This document shows, piece by piece, positions 55,996 through 64,000 of a stretch of 64,000 nt of DNA. Both the position numbers and the translations under genes were made by a program. The notes beneath the pieces were generated by a model. That model saw nothing but the letters and a program-made list of their open reading frames with translations, was not told the origin of the DNA and did no database searches. Source of the DNA: Acidobacteriota bacterium (GTDB lineage: Bacteria; Acidobacteriota; Terriglobia; Bryobacterales; UBA6623); contig JAQCLD010000003.1 in the NCBI GenBank assembly GCA_027592785.1, positions 96-64,095 of the forward strand, written 5' to 3'. Every line of letters begins with the position of its first letter. Position 1 is the first letter of the stretch.

Positions 55996-57314
55996 CTTGC
56001 GCTCAAGTAGGCGAAGCGCAGCACGAAGAGCACAGCGAGGATGTGGACCAACCAGCCGGCCTCGCGGCCTTCCCCTTTCAGAATCTTCAGCGCATCGTAA
56101 GCGATCACTCCAATCGCGAGCCCATTGGCGATCGAATAGGTCAACGGAATTGCCAACAACGTGAGAAAGCTGGAGATGCCGACGCTGGAGTCGTCCCAGT
56201 CGATGTCGCGGACCGTGGTCATCATCAGTGCGCCGACGAAGATCAGCGCGGGCGCGGTTGCCGCATTGGGGATAGCGCCAACTAACGGGGCTAGCGGCAG
56301 GGCGGCCAAGAACAAAAGTCCCGTGGTGACTGCGGCCAAACCGGTGCGCGCGCCGGCGGCGATCCCCGCCGCGCTTTCGATGTAGCTGGTGACGGTTGAG
56401 GTGCCGCATACGGCCCCGGTCATCGTGGCGACGGCGTCGACGGTCAACATTCTATCGAGGCGCGGGATCCGTCCCTGTTCGTCCTGGAGGCCAGCCTTGT
56501 TGGTGACAGCCACTACCGTGCCTAGAGTGTCGAAGAAGTCGACGAAGAGGAAAACGAAGACGATGTCCAGCAAGCCGATGTCGAGAGCGGCGGGAATATC
56601 GAGCTGAAAGGCGCCGGCCGTCATCTCAGTCCACGACCAAGAGAGCGGCGTCCAGGGGGAGAGGCCCGTCGCTGCCGCGGCGACGGAAACCGCTAGGACG
56701 CCGACCAGCACTGCGCCGGGAACGCGGCGGGCCTGGAGAGAAGCGATCAACAATAACCCTCCGATGGCCAACAGGGCGTTGGGTGAAGACAAGTCGCCGA
56801 GGCTGACCAGGGTGGCGTCGTTGGGGACGATGATGCCCACGTTGCGCAAACCGATCAAGGCGAGGAACAAGCCGATGCCCGCTCCGATCGCCGGGAAAAG
56901 CGCCTGGGGCATGGACTCCAGGACTTTTCTGCGAAACCCAACCACCGTCAAGACCAGGAAGACGGCCCCGGACAAGAAGACGGCGCCCAAAGCGGTTTGC
57001 CAATCGACGCCCATGCCGCCGACGACGCTATAGGTCAGATAGGCATTGAGCCCCATGCCAGGGGCCAGCGCAATCGGATGACGGGCCCACAAGCCCATGA
57101 ACAGACTGCCGAAGGCGGCGGAGATACAGGTGGCGGCCATAGCCGCCTGAAAGGGAATGCCCGCGTCAGCAAGGATGGAAGGGTTGACGAAAACGATGTA
57201 AGCCATCGTCGCGAAGGTCGTCGCGCCGCCCAGGATTTCTCGCTCGAACGTGGAGCCAAGCTTGGTGAAACCGAAGTAGTCGTCGAGAGCCCCGCGGATG
57301 TCGCGACCCATCAT
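55992..57314 (-). CDS. NCS2/AzgA-family purine (adenine/guanine/hypoxanthine) permease
   Basis: 440 aa ORF. N-terminus LDDYFGFTKLGSTFEREILGGATTFATMAYIVFVNPSILADAG is typical of the PbuG/AzgA family. Confidence 0.93.
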   Translation of the reverse strand: MMGRDIRGALDDYFGFTKLGSTFEREILGGATTFATMAYIVFVNPSILADAGIPFQAAMAATCISAAFGSLFMGLWARHPIALAPGMGLNAYLTYSVVGGMGVDWQTALGAVFLSGAVFLVLTVVGFRRKVLESMPQALFPAIGAGIGLFLALIGLRNVGIIVPNDATLVSLGDLSSPNALLAIGGLLLIASLQARRVPGAVLVGVLAVSVAAAATGLSPWTPLSWSWTEMTAGAFQLDIPAALDIGLLDIVFVFLFVDFFDTLGTVVAVTNKAGLQDEQGRIPRLDRMLTVDAVATMTGAVCGTSTVTSYIESAAGIAAGARTGLAAVTTGLLFLAALPLAPLVGAIPNAATAPALIFVGALMMTTVRDIDWDDSSVGISSFLTLLAIPLTYSIANGLAIGVIAYDALKILKGEGREAGWLVHILAVLFVLRFAYLSAS

Positions 57315-57775
57315 TGCAGCAGGCTAGCGAACACCCGCCCGGCTTCATGAGCCTCTTGCTCAGACAATCCCACGATGCCGGCAACCACACGCTTCCTAGG
57401 GAAGATGAACCAAGGTTCGCCGTCCAAGGTTCCAAAGAAGCCGCCGAAGTCGGCGACGAAGGCAGAGTCAGTCAAGCGCTCCTTGATGTCGTAGTCGAGA
57501 AAGACAGCCTTTTCTTCGGTCGGCATCGCAATCAAGAACAGGTGATAGGTCTTGCCGTCGCGGCTGTACTCGGCGACATTGCCAGGAGGCAAGAAATCCT
57601 TGCCGAGTACGTGATCTGTGGCGATCGAGGTCCCAACTAACCCCTCCTTGGGGAACCGATGGCTCTCGTCGCGCGGAGGGGGCAGCGGCTCGGGAGCCTT
57701 GGCTGCCTCGGGGGCGGGAGTTTGCCCGCAGGCCAACAGTATTGAGAGGAGGAACGCAGCCGCGATATGCTTCAT
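57311..57775 (-). CDS. Hypothetical lipoprotein
   Basis: 154 aa ORF with a lipobox LLACG. It overlaps the start of the permease gene by 4 nt. Confidence 0.6.
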   Translation of the reverse strand: MKHIAAAFLLSILLACGQTPAPEAAKAPEPLPPPRDESHRFPKEGLVGTSIATDHVLGKDFLPPGNVAEYSRDGKTYHLFLIAMPTEEKAVFLDYDIKERLTDSAFVADFGGFFGTLDGEPWFIFPRKRVVAGIVGLSEQEAHEAGRVFASLLQ

Positions 57776-57783
57776 GTGTTTTC

Positions 57784-58545
57784 TCAGCGCATCAACGAGG
57801 CAGGTAGGTTCGGCGTCTCGTGTAGCAGCCGAACTTCAGCGGGCGTGAGCGCCCGGTCGAAGATCGCCAGTTCGTCGATGAGTCCAACATAGTCTACGCC
57901 TAAGCGGATGGTCGATCGCGCGGCGTCCCAAGAATGATCAGGATCCGTAACATCGAAAGTCGTCGATTCCTGGCCGTTCACGTAAACGGTGACTTTACCG
58001 CCGGACGCAGCATCGGATACAGAAATCACAACGTGGAGCCAGTCGCCTGCCGGCGGAACGGCGGACCCTTCCCCGTGGATCGCACGGACGGCTAGCTGCA
58101 GCGGGTCGGACAAGAGATCGATAGCGACAGCGGGAGCGAGCGGATCGACTCCCACGACCGCCAAGGGCGCACCGAAGAATTCTCCCGGATGCAACCAGAC
58201 GGACAAGGCGCCCGCATCAGCCCAGGGAGCGTTGGCCTCGCCGGTATAGAAAAGGGCCTGGGTCAACCCGCCCGTGAAATTGAGGGCATGCCCGGAGATT
58301 CCGGAATCGTAAGCAAGCTGTACGTCTTGGCCCCAGTACCAGGGTCCCCGCTCACCCAGCGCTTCGTAGGAGGGCGCGGAGTAGATGCGCCGGTCGTCGC
58401 GGGCTTGAGCGGCGTCCATACCGTCTTCATAAGACGCATAGAACGTCATTGAAGGTGCTAGCTGATCGATCGCCTCTTGCGGGCTTTGCGGCCGACCGCA
58501 AGCCAAAAGCAACGAGGTCAGGACGATAGCAGCGGCACGGTACAT
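57784..58545 (-). CDS. LamG/concanavalin-A-like lectin-fold lipoprotein
   Basis: 253 aa ORF with a lipobox LLLACG. The C-terminal pattern WLHVVISVS...VTVYVNGQ...IRLGVDYVGLIDELAIFDRALTPAEV is characteristic of LamG-like jelly-roll domains. Confidence 0.72.
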   Translation of the reverse strand: MYRAAAIVLTSLLLACGRPQSPQEAIDQLAPSMTFYASYEDGMDAAQARDDRRIYSAPSYEALGERGPWYWGQDVQLAYDSGISGHALNFTGGLTQALFYTGEANAPWADAGALSVWLHPGEFFGAPLAVVGVDPLAPAVAIDLLSDPLQLAVRAIHGEGSAVPPAGDWLHVVISVSDAASGGKVTVYVNGQESTTFDVTDPDHSWDAARSTIRLGVDYVGLIDELAIFDRALTPAEVRLLHETPNLPASLMR

Positions 58546-58762
58546 TGCACACAGTTTACTTGGGTCAAGCGACGGATTCGGAAAGTAGTGTTACTGTTAA
58601 AGAGACGAATCAAAGAGCCGCCACCCCGCAGCGGCCACGGCGCACAACAGGATCTTCTTCCGATCGTGCCGGTTATATTCCAGTCTTACCTGTCGCTGTT
58701 GTATAGGTCTGAATGAGTTGGACCCCGCTTGTACGCGGCAGGTCCAGAGCGACGATTTTTGT

Positions 58763-60136
58763 ATGTCAGAAAATTTAGAAGGGACGACTCCCGGTTTTGA
58801 GCGTTTTGAGCTCGACCCCGTCGTCCAACGCGGCGTCACCGCCGCCGGGTTCAAAGAACCCCGCCCGATTCAAGCGAAAACGATCCCTGCCGGCTTGGCA
58901 GGCCAAGACGTTCTCGGATTAGCGGAAACAGGAACCGGCAAAACAGCCGCTTTCGCTGTTCCCATTCTCAACCTGCTGGTTAAGAACCGCCGCCCTGGGC
59001 CGCGGGCTCTGATCATCGCGCCGACTCGTGAGTTGGCGATGCAAATCGATGCCGATTTCAAGAAGCTTGGCCAGTTCGCCAAGGTGAAGACGGTAACGAT
59101 CTTCGGCGGCGTATCGTCCAGCGGACAAATCAACGCCCTGCGGAAAAACCCCGACATTTTGGTGGTCTGTCCTGGTCGCCTGTTGGATCTCTATGAACAA
59201 AGAGCGGTCGATTTGGCCCGCATTGAAGTTCTGGTCCTCGACGAAGCGGATCACATGTTCGACATGGGATTCTTACCCAGCATTCAACGCATCATCGGCT
59301 TGCTGCCGAAGAAACGTCAGAACCTGTTGTTCTCGGCAACGATGCCGCCGGCGATCCGCGGCCTAGCCGACAAGATCTTGCAGAAACCGGTTGTGGTCGA
59401 GTTGAATCGTTCAGCACCCGCGTCGACGATCGATCACGCGCTGTATATGATCCCCGCAGCACAGAAGTTGTTGCTGCTGCGGCATGTCATCGCCGAACCG
59501 GACTTTGAAACCGCAATCGTTTTTTCGAGGACCAAACACGGAGCCAAACGGCTGGCGGACCAACTGACCCGCCACGGCCACAACGCCATCGCCCTGCAGG
59601 GCAACATGTCGCAGGCGCAGCGCGACCGAGCGATGAACGGCTTCCGCCGCGGCGAGTTCAAGATCCTGGTAGCCACCGATGTTGCAGCACGCGGTATCGA
59701 CGTGGCGGGTATCTCGCACGTGATCAATTTCGACGTGCCGACCACGCCGGAAAACTACACGCACCGTATCGGACGGACGGGCCGAGCGGAATTGACCGGC
59801 AAAGCCTACACGTTCGTGGCCGGCACCGAGTTGTCGGCCGTACATGCGATCGAGAGACTGATCAAGCAGAAAATCGAGCGCCGCAAGATTCCGGTGCTGG
59901 ATGAGGCTTCTTTGCCGGCGCCTCCGCCGCGGCCGAAGGTTGCCTCAGCTCCTCCGGCAGAAAAGAGAGCCGAAGGCGGCGGTCAGGAAAATGGCCGCGT
60001 GTTCCGCAAGCGTTCGCGGAGCCGCAGACCTGGCGGCGGTTCGGGCGGACCGTCGAGCGGCGGTCAGCATCGGCCGGAGTCGGGGTCTCGACCCGCCGGC
60101 GGAGGCCGCAGACGGCCCGTCAAGAAGGCCACCTAA
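58763..60136 (+). CDS. rhlE: DEAD-box ATP-dependent RNA helicase (RhlE-like) with an Arg/Gly-rich tail
   Basis: The track ORF starts at 58718. I prefer the ATG at 58763. It has a Q-motif region, AETGTGKT, VLDEADHM, SAT, and HRIGRTGRA. The tail reads SRSRRPGGGSGGPSSGG. Confidence 0.93.
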   Translation: MSENLEGTTPGFERFELDPVVQRGVTAAGFKEPRPIQAKTIPAGLAGQDVLGLAETGTGKTAAFAVPILNLLVKNRRPGPRALIIAPTRELAMQIDADFKKLGQFAKVKTVTIFGGVSSSGQINALRKNPDILVVCPGRLLDLYEQRAVDLARIEVLVLDEADHMFDMGFLPSIQRIIGLLPKKRQNLLFSATMPPAIRGLADKILQKPVVVELNRSAPASTIDHALYMIPAAQKLLLLRHVIAEPDFETAIVFSRTKHGAKRLADQLTRHGHNAIALQGNMSQAQRDRAMNGFRRGEFKILVATDVAARGIDVAGISHVINFDVPTTPENYTHRIGRTGRAELTGKAYTFVAGTELSAVHAIERLIKQKIERRKIPVLDEASLPAPPPRPKVASAPPAEKRAEGGGQENGRVFRKRSRSRRPGGGSGGPSSGGQHRPESGSRPAGGGRRRPVKKAT

Positions 60137-60142
60137 GACACT

Positions 60143-60172
60143 AAACCCTGCCGGCAGCGGCAGGGTTTTTGC
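60143..60172 (+). terminator. Intrinsic terminator between convergent rhlE and the sulfatase-family gene
   Basis: AAACCCTGCC (60143-60152), loop GGCAGC, then GGCAGGGTTT (60159-60168), followed by TTGCTT. This is a 10-bp stem flanked by an A-run and a T-run, so it is potentially bidirectional. Confidence 0.75.
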
Positions 60173-61294
60173 TTACTGGATGTAGCCCAGGCTGCGCAGG
60201 CGCTCCGCTTCGTCAGGCGTCATCGCCTCAGGCGATGCGTCGTTCGGCAGTTGGTTTTGCTCAACCATGTTGTGCCAGGTCTGCAACTCGACCTTGAGCT
60301 TGTCGAGCATATCCGGATTCGACGAGGCGACATCGCTGAGGTCCTTCGGATCGGCAGCGTGGTCGTAGAGTTCATATTCCGGTTTGTCGCCTCTCCCCTT
60401 GACGTTGTGGATGATCTTCCAGCCGTTGGCGATCAGGCCGTAGGATTCGAACTCCTTGGGGTTTTCGCCGTCCGGGTGTGCATTTTTCTCAGTGACGGCC
60501 GCTTCGGGGAACCAACCTTTCTCAGCGGCCGAAGCCAAGACGTCGCCGCCTTCGACGGTGGCAGCCATGAGCGGTACGAGGCTCTGGCCCTGTGCGTACT
60601 CTGGAACATCCAATCCGCTCAGGTCGAGAAGGGTCGGCATCAGGTCGATATTTCGGACCGTCTCTTTGACCTGTAGTCCGGCGGGCACAACGCCCGGGCG
60701 ATAGAGGACGAACGGGACCTGGTTGAGCTCGGCATAGGTGGAATGTCCATGCCACATGCCGCCGTGGTCTTGTAGTTCGTCGCCGTGGTCGGATACGAAG
60801 GCGAACAGAACGTCATCTTCAAGCCCGAGCTCTTCGATGCGCTCTAGGAAGCGGCCTAGCTCCGAGTCCATGCCGCGGATCGAGCCGTCGTACCATCCGG
60901 CTTCGTAGTCGATCCATTCTTTGGGGTCGACGCCGCCGCGCTCCAAGTCTTCTCGGTAGGGCAGGCCGCGGCCTTTGTGGAAGTCGATGACGGCAGCGTC
61001 CGTGCCCTTGGTGCGGTCTACTTCGTGGCGTTCCTTGCCGGCGGCATCCGACCACATCGTGGCGTAGGGTGAGCGCGGCTCGTAGCGGGAGTGCGGATCG
61101 AAGACGTGCAGGTACATAAAGAACGGCGTGTCCTGATGTCGCTCAATCCAGTTAGTCGCTCGGTCGACGTACTCACGGGCGGTCTTGGAACCATAACCCG
61201 GTTCTCGATTCAGCGAGGCGGCTTCATGCAGTTCTTCAAAACCTTGATGCAGGTTCGACAGCCGACCCGTGAAGGCGACCGAAGAAAACGACAC
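60173..61294 (-). CDS. Sulfatase-family protein, C-terminal fragment (ORF as tracked)
   Basis: 373 aa, tracked from an internal GTG. It contains PFFMYLHVFDPH, FVSDHGDE...HGH and NIDLMPTLLDL blocks typical of the sulfatase fold. Confidence 0.75.
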   Translation of the reverse strand: MSFSSVAFTGRLSNLHQGFEELHEAASLNREPGYGSKTAREYVDRATNWIERHQDTPFFMYLHVFDPHSRYEPRSPYATMWSDAAGKERHEVDRTKGTDAAVIDFHKGRGLPYREDLERGGVDPKEWIDYEAGWYDGSIRGMDSELGRFLERIEELGLEDDVLFAFVSDHGDELQDHGGMWHGHSTYAELNQVPFVLYRPGVVPAGLQVKETVRNIDLMPTLLDLSGLDVPEYAQGQSLVPLMAATVEGGDVLASAAEKGWFPEAAVTEKNAHPDGENPKEFESYGLIANGWKIIHNVKGRGDKPEYELYDHAADPKDLSDVASSNPDMLDKLKVELQTWHNMVEQNQLPNDASPEAMTPDEAERLRSLGYIQ

Positions 61295-61393
61295 GGTGGC
61301 ATACCCAGCGGCGCGGTAGACCTCGGCGATAGTGGTGGCGGAGGCCGAGAGGCGATCTTGAGTCCCTTGGACACGCGTGGAGGAGGGATAAAG

Positions 61394-62602
61394 CTAAGTC
61401 AGAAGCGAAGGCGCCGAGGCCTTGGTCCAGGTCGCTTGCGAGACGTTGTCGAGGAATACGGTCCCTTGAGAAGCGATCCGAGCAAGGTTGGGACTCGTTT
61501 CCCTTCCATATCCGTAGATATTCAGATGATCGCGGCGCAGCGTGTCACACATAACGAGGATTACGCTCTTCGGCGCTGCGACGCCTCCGAGCGCCTCGCC
61601 AGGGGTCTTGGCGGCGGTGGCAGTAGCATTGCGAAGGCGTACGACTGGGCTGCCCCAGAAGCCGGTGCGGTACTCCTGGTCGGTGTCGAGGTAGAACTCG
61701 AGCCTGCGGTGTCCCGCTCGCCTACCCAGGTCGATGGAGGCGTCCTCCCAGCGATGGGGCGTCGTGACGGTACGGTCAAGAATGGTTTCGCGATTCTCGC
61801 CGATGATCTCATCGATGCGGAAGGTGACCGGCTGGTCGTCGACGGCCCCGACGTGGAGATCGAGCCATGAATTCTGCGGCACGTCCAATTCAACGGCGAA
61901 GCGCTCGGGCGAGCGCATCGAAATGGACTCGCGGAAGATGTTGCCGAGCCCCTGCCAGCCGACGCCGGTGGGGGCCTCTGCGCTGTGATCGCCCTGGGAG
62001 ATGAGCCGAACCGATTCAATCTCGAAGGTTTGCCCGGCGACATCGGTCGGACGGATGGCTAGGGCCTTGCCCGAACCAAGCGAGGAGACGCCGGAGCTGG
62101 TCATGGTCAGCGTTTGAAACTCTTCGCCTGGCTGGAGCGTGGCCTGAAAGGCAGGAGTAGCTTCTCGCATCGTCTTGGCAGCCGCATCGTTAACGGTCAC
62201 CGCTGCGTTGTTCCTAGTGAAAGCAATCGCTCTGGCGCCGCCGCTAGTTCGCAACCGGACTTCGATCGAATAGAGGGTGTCTTGCACATCGAGGTCCGCG
62301 GGCGTCGGCACGTAGATGACGGCGACATCGGAGGTCGAGCGGCCGGTAAGTTTGCCGTCGACGAGCTTGAGGTCTGCGACGCCGTAGGCCGCAGTCCAGC
62401 CCTGCAGGCCTTGGTCTTCCGCGAAGTTCCAATGGGCGGCCGAAGGAGGAACTGCAGCGGACGGGGCCCGTTGGACCATATCGGCGGAGAACAGGTCAAC
62501 CAAACGCAGCGCGGCGACGTCAGCGGAACCCCCGCCGCAGGCAGCCAATGCGGCGGCACAGACACTAACAAGAATCGAGCGGCGATCTTTCGACATCAAC
62601 AT
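61394..62602 (-). CDS. Sulfatase-family lipoprotein, N-terminal fragment (unknown about 330-aa domain plus start of the catalytic domain)
   Basis: 402 aa. Lipobox AALAACGG. It ends with the metal-ligand block VILVMCDTLRRDHLNIYGYGRETSPNLARIASQGTVF and TWTKASAPSLLT. Confidence 0.8.
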   Translation of the reverse strand: MLMSKDRRSILVSVCAAALAACGGGSADVAALRLVDLFSADMVQRAPSAAVPPSAAHWNFAEDQGLQGWTAAYGVADLKLVDGKLTGRSTSDVAVIYVPTPADLDVQDTLYSIEVRLRTSGGARAIAFTRNNAAVTVNDAAAKTMREATPAFQATLQPGEEFQTLTMTSSGVSSLGSGKALAIRPTDVAGQTFEIESVRLISQGDHSAEAPTGVGWQGLGNIFRESISMRSPERFAVELDVPQNSWLDLHVGAVDDQPVTFRIDEIIGENRETILDRTVTTPHRWEDASIDLGRRAGHRRLEFYLDTDQEYRTGFWGSPVVRLRNATATAAKTPGEALGGVAAPKSVILVMCDTLRRDHLNIYGYGRETSPNLARIASQGTVFLDNVSQATWTKASAPSLLT

Positions 62603-62735
62603 AACTCCAGGCGATCCGAAAGGTTTCGAATCTGACAGAGCGTATCCGTTTCAGCTGCCCGGCGGCAAGCGGGCAAGAGCCGCGGCAAGCGCTGCAGGTG
62701 ATATGATTAACGCCGCTGATCCGAAGGAGCTGACG

Positions 62736-63167
62736 ATGAAGAAGACTTGGATGCTGGTTCTTGCTGTTGCGATTTCTGCCCTTCCTGCCTTAAGCGCGGG
62801 CGCCGAAGATGAGGTCTTGAAGGCTGAGAACGAGTGGGCCTCGATGGTCACCGCTGGTCATTTTGACCACGTCGCCAGCCTGTTGGACGACACGCTGATT
62901 TACGCTCATTCGACAGGAAATATCGAGAGCAAGGATGAGTATCTGGGCAAGCTTCGCTCGGGGGCTCAGAAATACACGGCTATCAAGCACGAGAAGACCA
63001 CGATCCGTCTTCACGGCGACGCCGCCGTCGTCCACTCCATCGGCAGGATGGTCGGCACGAACGCAGCTGGCCCATTCGACAATCACCTGATGATCATGCA
63101 CACCTGGATCAAGACCGGCGGCCAATGGCGCCTGGCTGCGCACCAGACCACCCAGCTCGCCGAATAG
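62736..63167 (+). CDS. Secreted NTF2-like (DUF4440/SnoaL-like) protein
   Basis: The track ORF starts at 62703. I prefer the ATG at 62736, with GGAG 7 nt upstream (MKKTWMLVLAVAISALPALSAGA). It has the DUF4440-like pattern ENEWASMV...DDTLIYAHSTG...WIKTGGQWRLAAHQTT. Confidence 0.8.
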   Translation: MKKTWMLVLAVAISALPALSAGAEDEVLKAENEWASMVTAGHFDHVASLLDDTLIYAHSTGNIESKDEYLGKLRSGAQKYTAIKHEKTTIRLHGDAAVVHSIGRMVGTNAAGPFDNHLMIMHTWIKTGGQWRLAAHQTTQLAE

Positions 63168-63200
63168 CGAGGCTGCAAATTGCTAGGCTGAAGCTCTCGT

Positions 63201-64000
63201 ATGAGCTTCAAAAAGACCCCCATCACGGTCGCTTACGGCGACGGAATCGGTCCGGAAATCATGACCGCGGTTCGCCAGGTGCTGGACGCGGCAGGCGCCC
63301 AGATTGACTACGAGGAGATCGAAGTCGGCGAGCGCGTTTACGACCGAGGATTCTCGTCAGGAATCGAGCCGGCGAGCTGGGACTCTCTGCGTCGGACGGG
63401 CGTCGTGCTGAAGGCCCCGATCACCACGCCGCAGGGCAAGGGGGTCAAGAGTCTGAACGTCACCATTCGCAAGACGCTCGGGCTTTTCGCGAACGTACGG
63501 CCAACCCGCACCTACACGCCCTACATTCAATCGAAACACAAGAACGTGGATCTGGTCATCGTCCGGGAAAACGAAGAAGACCTCTACACCGGAATTGAGT
63601 ATCGCCAGTCCTACGACGGCGTCCAGGGGTTGAAGCTCATGTCCCGGCCGGGTTGCGAGCGCATTATTCGCTACGCGTTCGAGTATGCCCAGGCACGGCC
63701 CCGCGCCAAGGTCACCTGCATGACGAAAGACAACATCATGAAGATGACCGACGGTCTGTTTCATCAGGTGTTCGAGGAAGTCAGCTCGGAGTATCCGAAC
63801 GTCGAAACCGAGCACATGATCATCGACATCGGCATGGCACGGGTGGCGGACACGCCTGAGCGCTTCGACGTCATCGTGACTTCCAACCTCTACGGCGACA
63901 TCATGTCGGACGTGGCCGCTCAGATCTGCGGCTCGGTCGGCGTGGGCGGATCCATCAACATTGGCTCCCAGGCTGCCATGTTCGAGGCCATTCACGGTGC
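63201..64000 (+). CDS. icd: Isocitrate dehydrogenase (isocitrate/isopropylmalate dehydrogenase family), 5' partial, runs off the window end
   Basis: This ORF is not in the track because it has no stop in the window. Hand translation from the ATG at 63201 gives MSFKKTPITVAYGDGIGPEIM...LKAPITTPQGKGVKSLNVTIRKTLGLFANVRP...VIVRENEEDLYTGIE...NLYGDIMSDVAAQICGSVG...AMFEAIHG. Confidence 0.9.
   Translation, partial: MSFKKTPITVAYGDGIGPEIMTAVRQVLDAAGAQIDYEEIEVGERVYDRGFSSGIEPASWDSLRRTGVVLKAPITTPQGKGVKSLNVTIRKTLGLFANVRPTRTYTPYIQSKHKNVDLVIVRENEEDLYTGIEYRQSYDGVQGLKLMSRPGCERIIRYAFEYAQARPRAKVTCMTKDNIMKMTDGLFHQVFEEVSSEYPNVETEHMIIDIGMARVADTPERFDVIVTSNLYGDIMSDVAAQICGSVGVGGSINIGSQAAMFEAIHG

Larger units (their letters stand above)
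60173..62602 (-). pseudogene. Sulfatase/alkaline-phosphatase-superfamily lipoprotein, single frame interrupted by one in-frame TAG (61394-61396)
   Basis: Both fragments share one frame. Hand translation reads ...TWTKASAPSLLT [TAG] LYPSSTRVQG...AEVYRAAGYATVSFSS.... This places the stop where the family has SLLTG-LYP. Confidence 0.6.

Overview
High-GC (about 60%) bacterial chromosomal segment. It is most likely from Acidobacteriota (Bryobacterales/Solibacterales-like). That placement is an inference from three things: the 16S 5' end, an ADOP-type duplicated FtsX permease, and a TIGR03437-like (Solibacter C-terminal) domain. The window starts inside a 16S rRNA gene on the minus strand, followed by its leader. 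It then carries about 50 tightly packed genes. Housekeeping genes: topA, dprA, leuCD, purB, rhlE, and a 5' partial isocitrate dehydrogenase. Exported or periplasmic accessory functions: a PSCyt/DUF1549/DUF1553 + DUF1501 pair, a DUF58-BatA_N-VWA cluster, sulfatases, an M16 peptidase pair, a TAT GMC oxidoreductase pair, gamma-glutamyltransferase, and a tesA/ybbA/ybbP-like module. There is also a higBA toxin-antitoxin pair. The most unusual locus is a secreted Rhs/YD polymorphic-toxin gene at 36700-41370. It carries an inserted proprotein-convertase P-domain and an uncharacterised glycine-zipper C-terminal tip, and it has no conventional immunity gene. A single in-frame TAA splits it just before the shell-closing core. 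A second gene, a Thr-type sulfatase-family lipoprotein at 60173-62602, is likewise split by one in-frame TAG. I found no CRISPR array, tRNA, IS element or integrase. All calls rest on hand translation and motif recognition only. No database search, HMM scan, RNA folding or GC-skew computation was possible.
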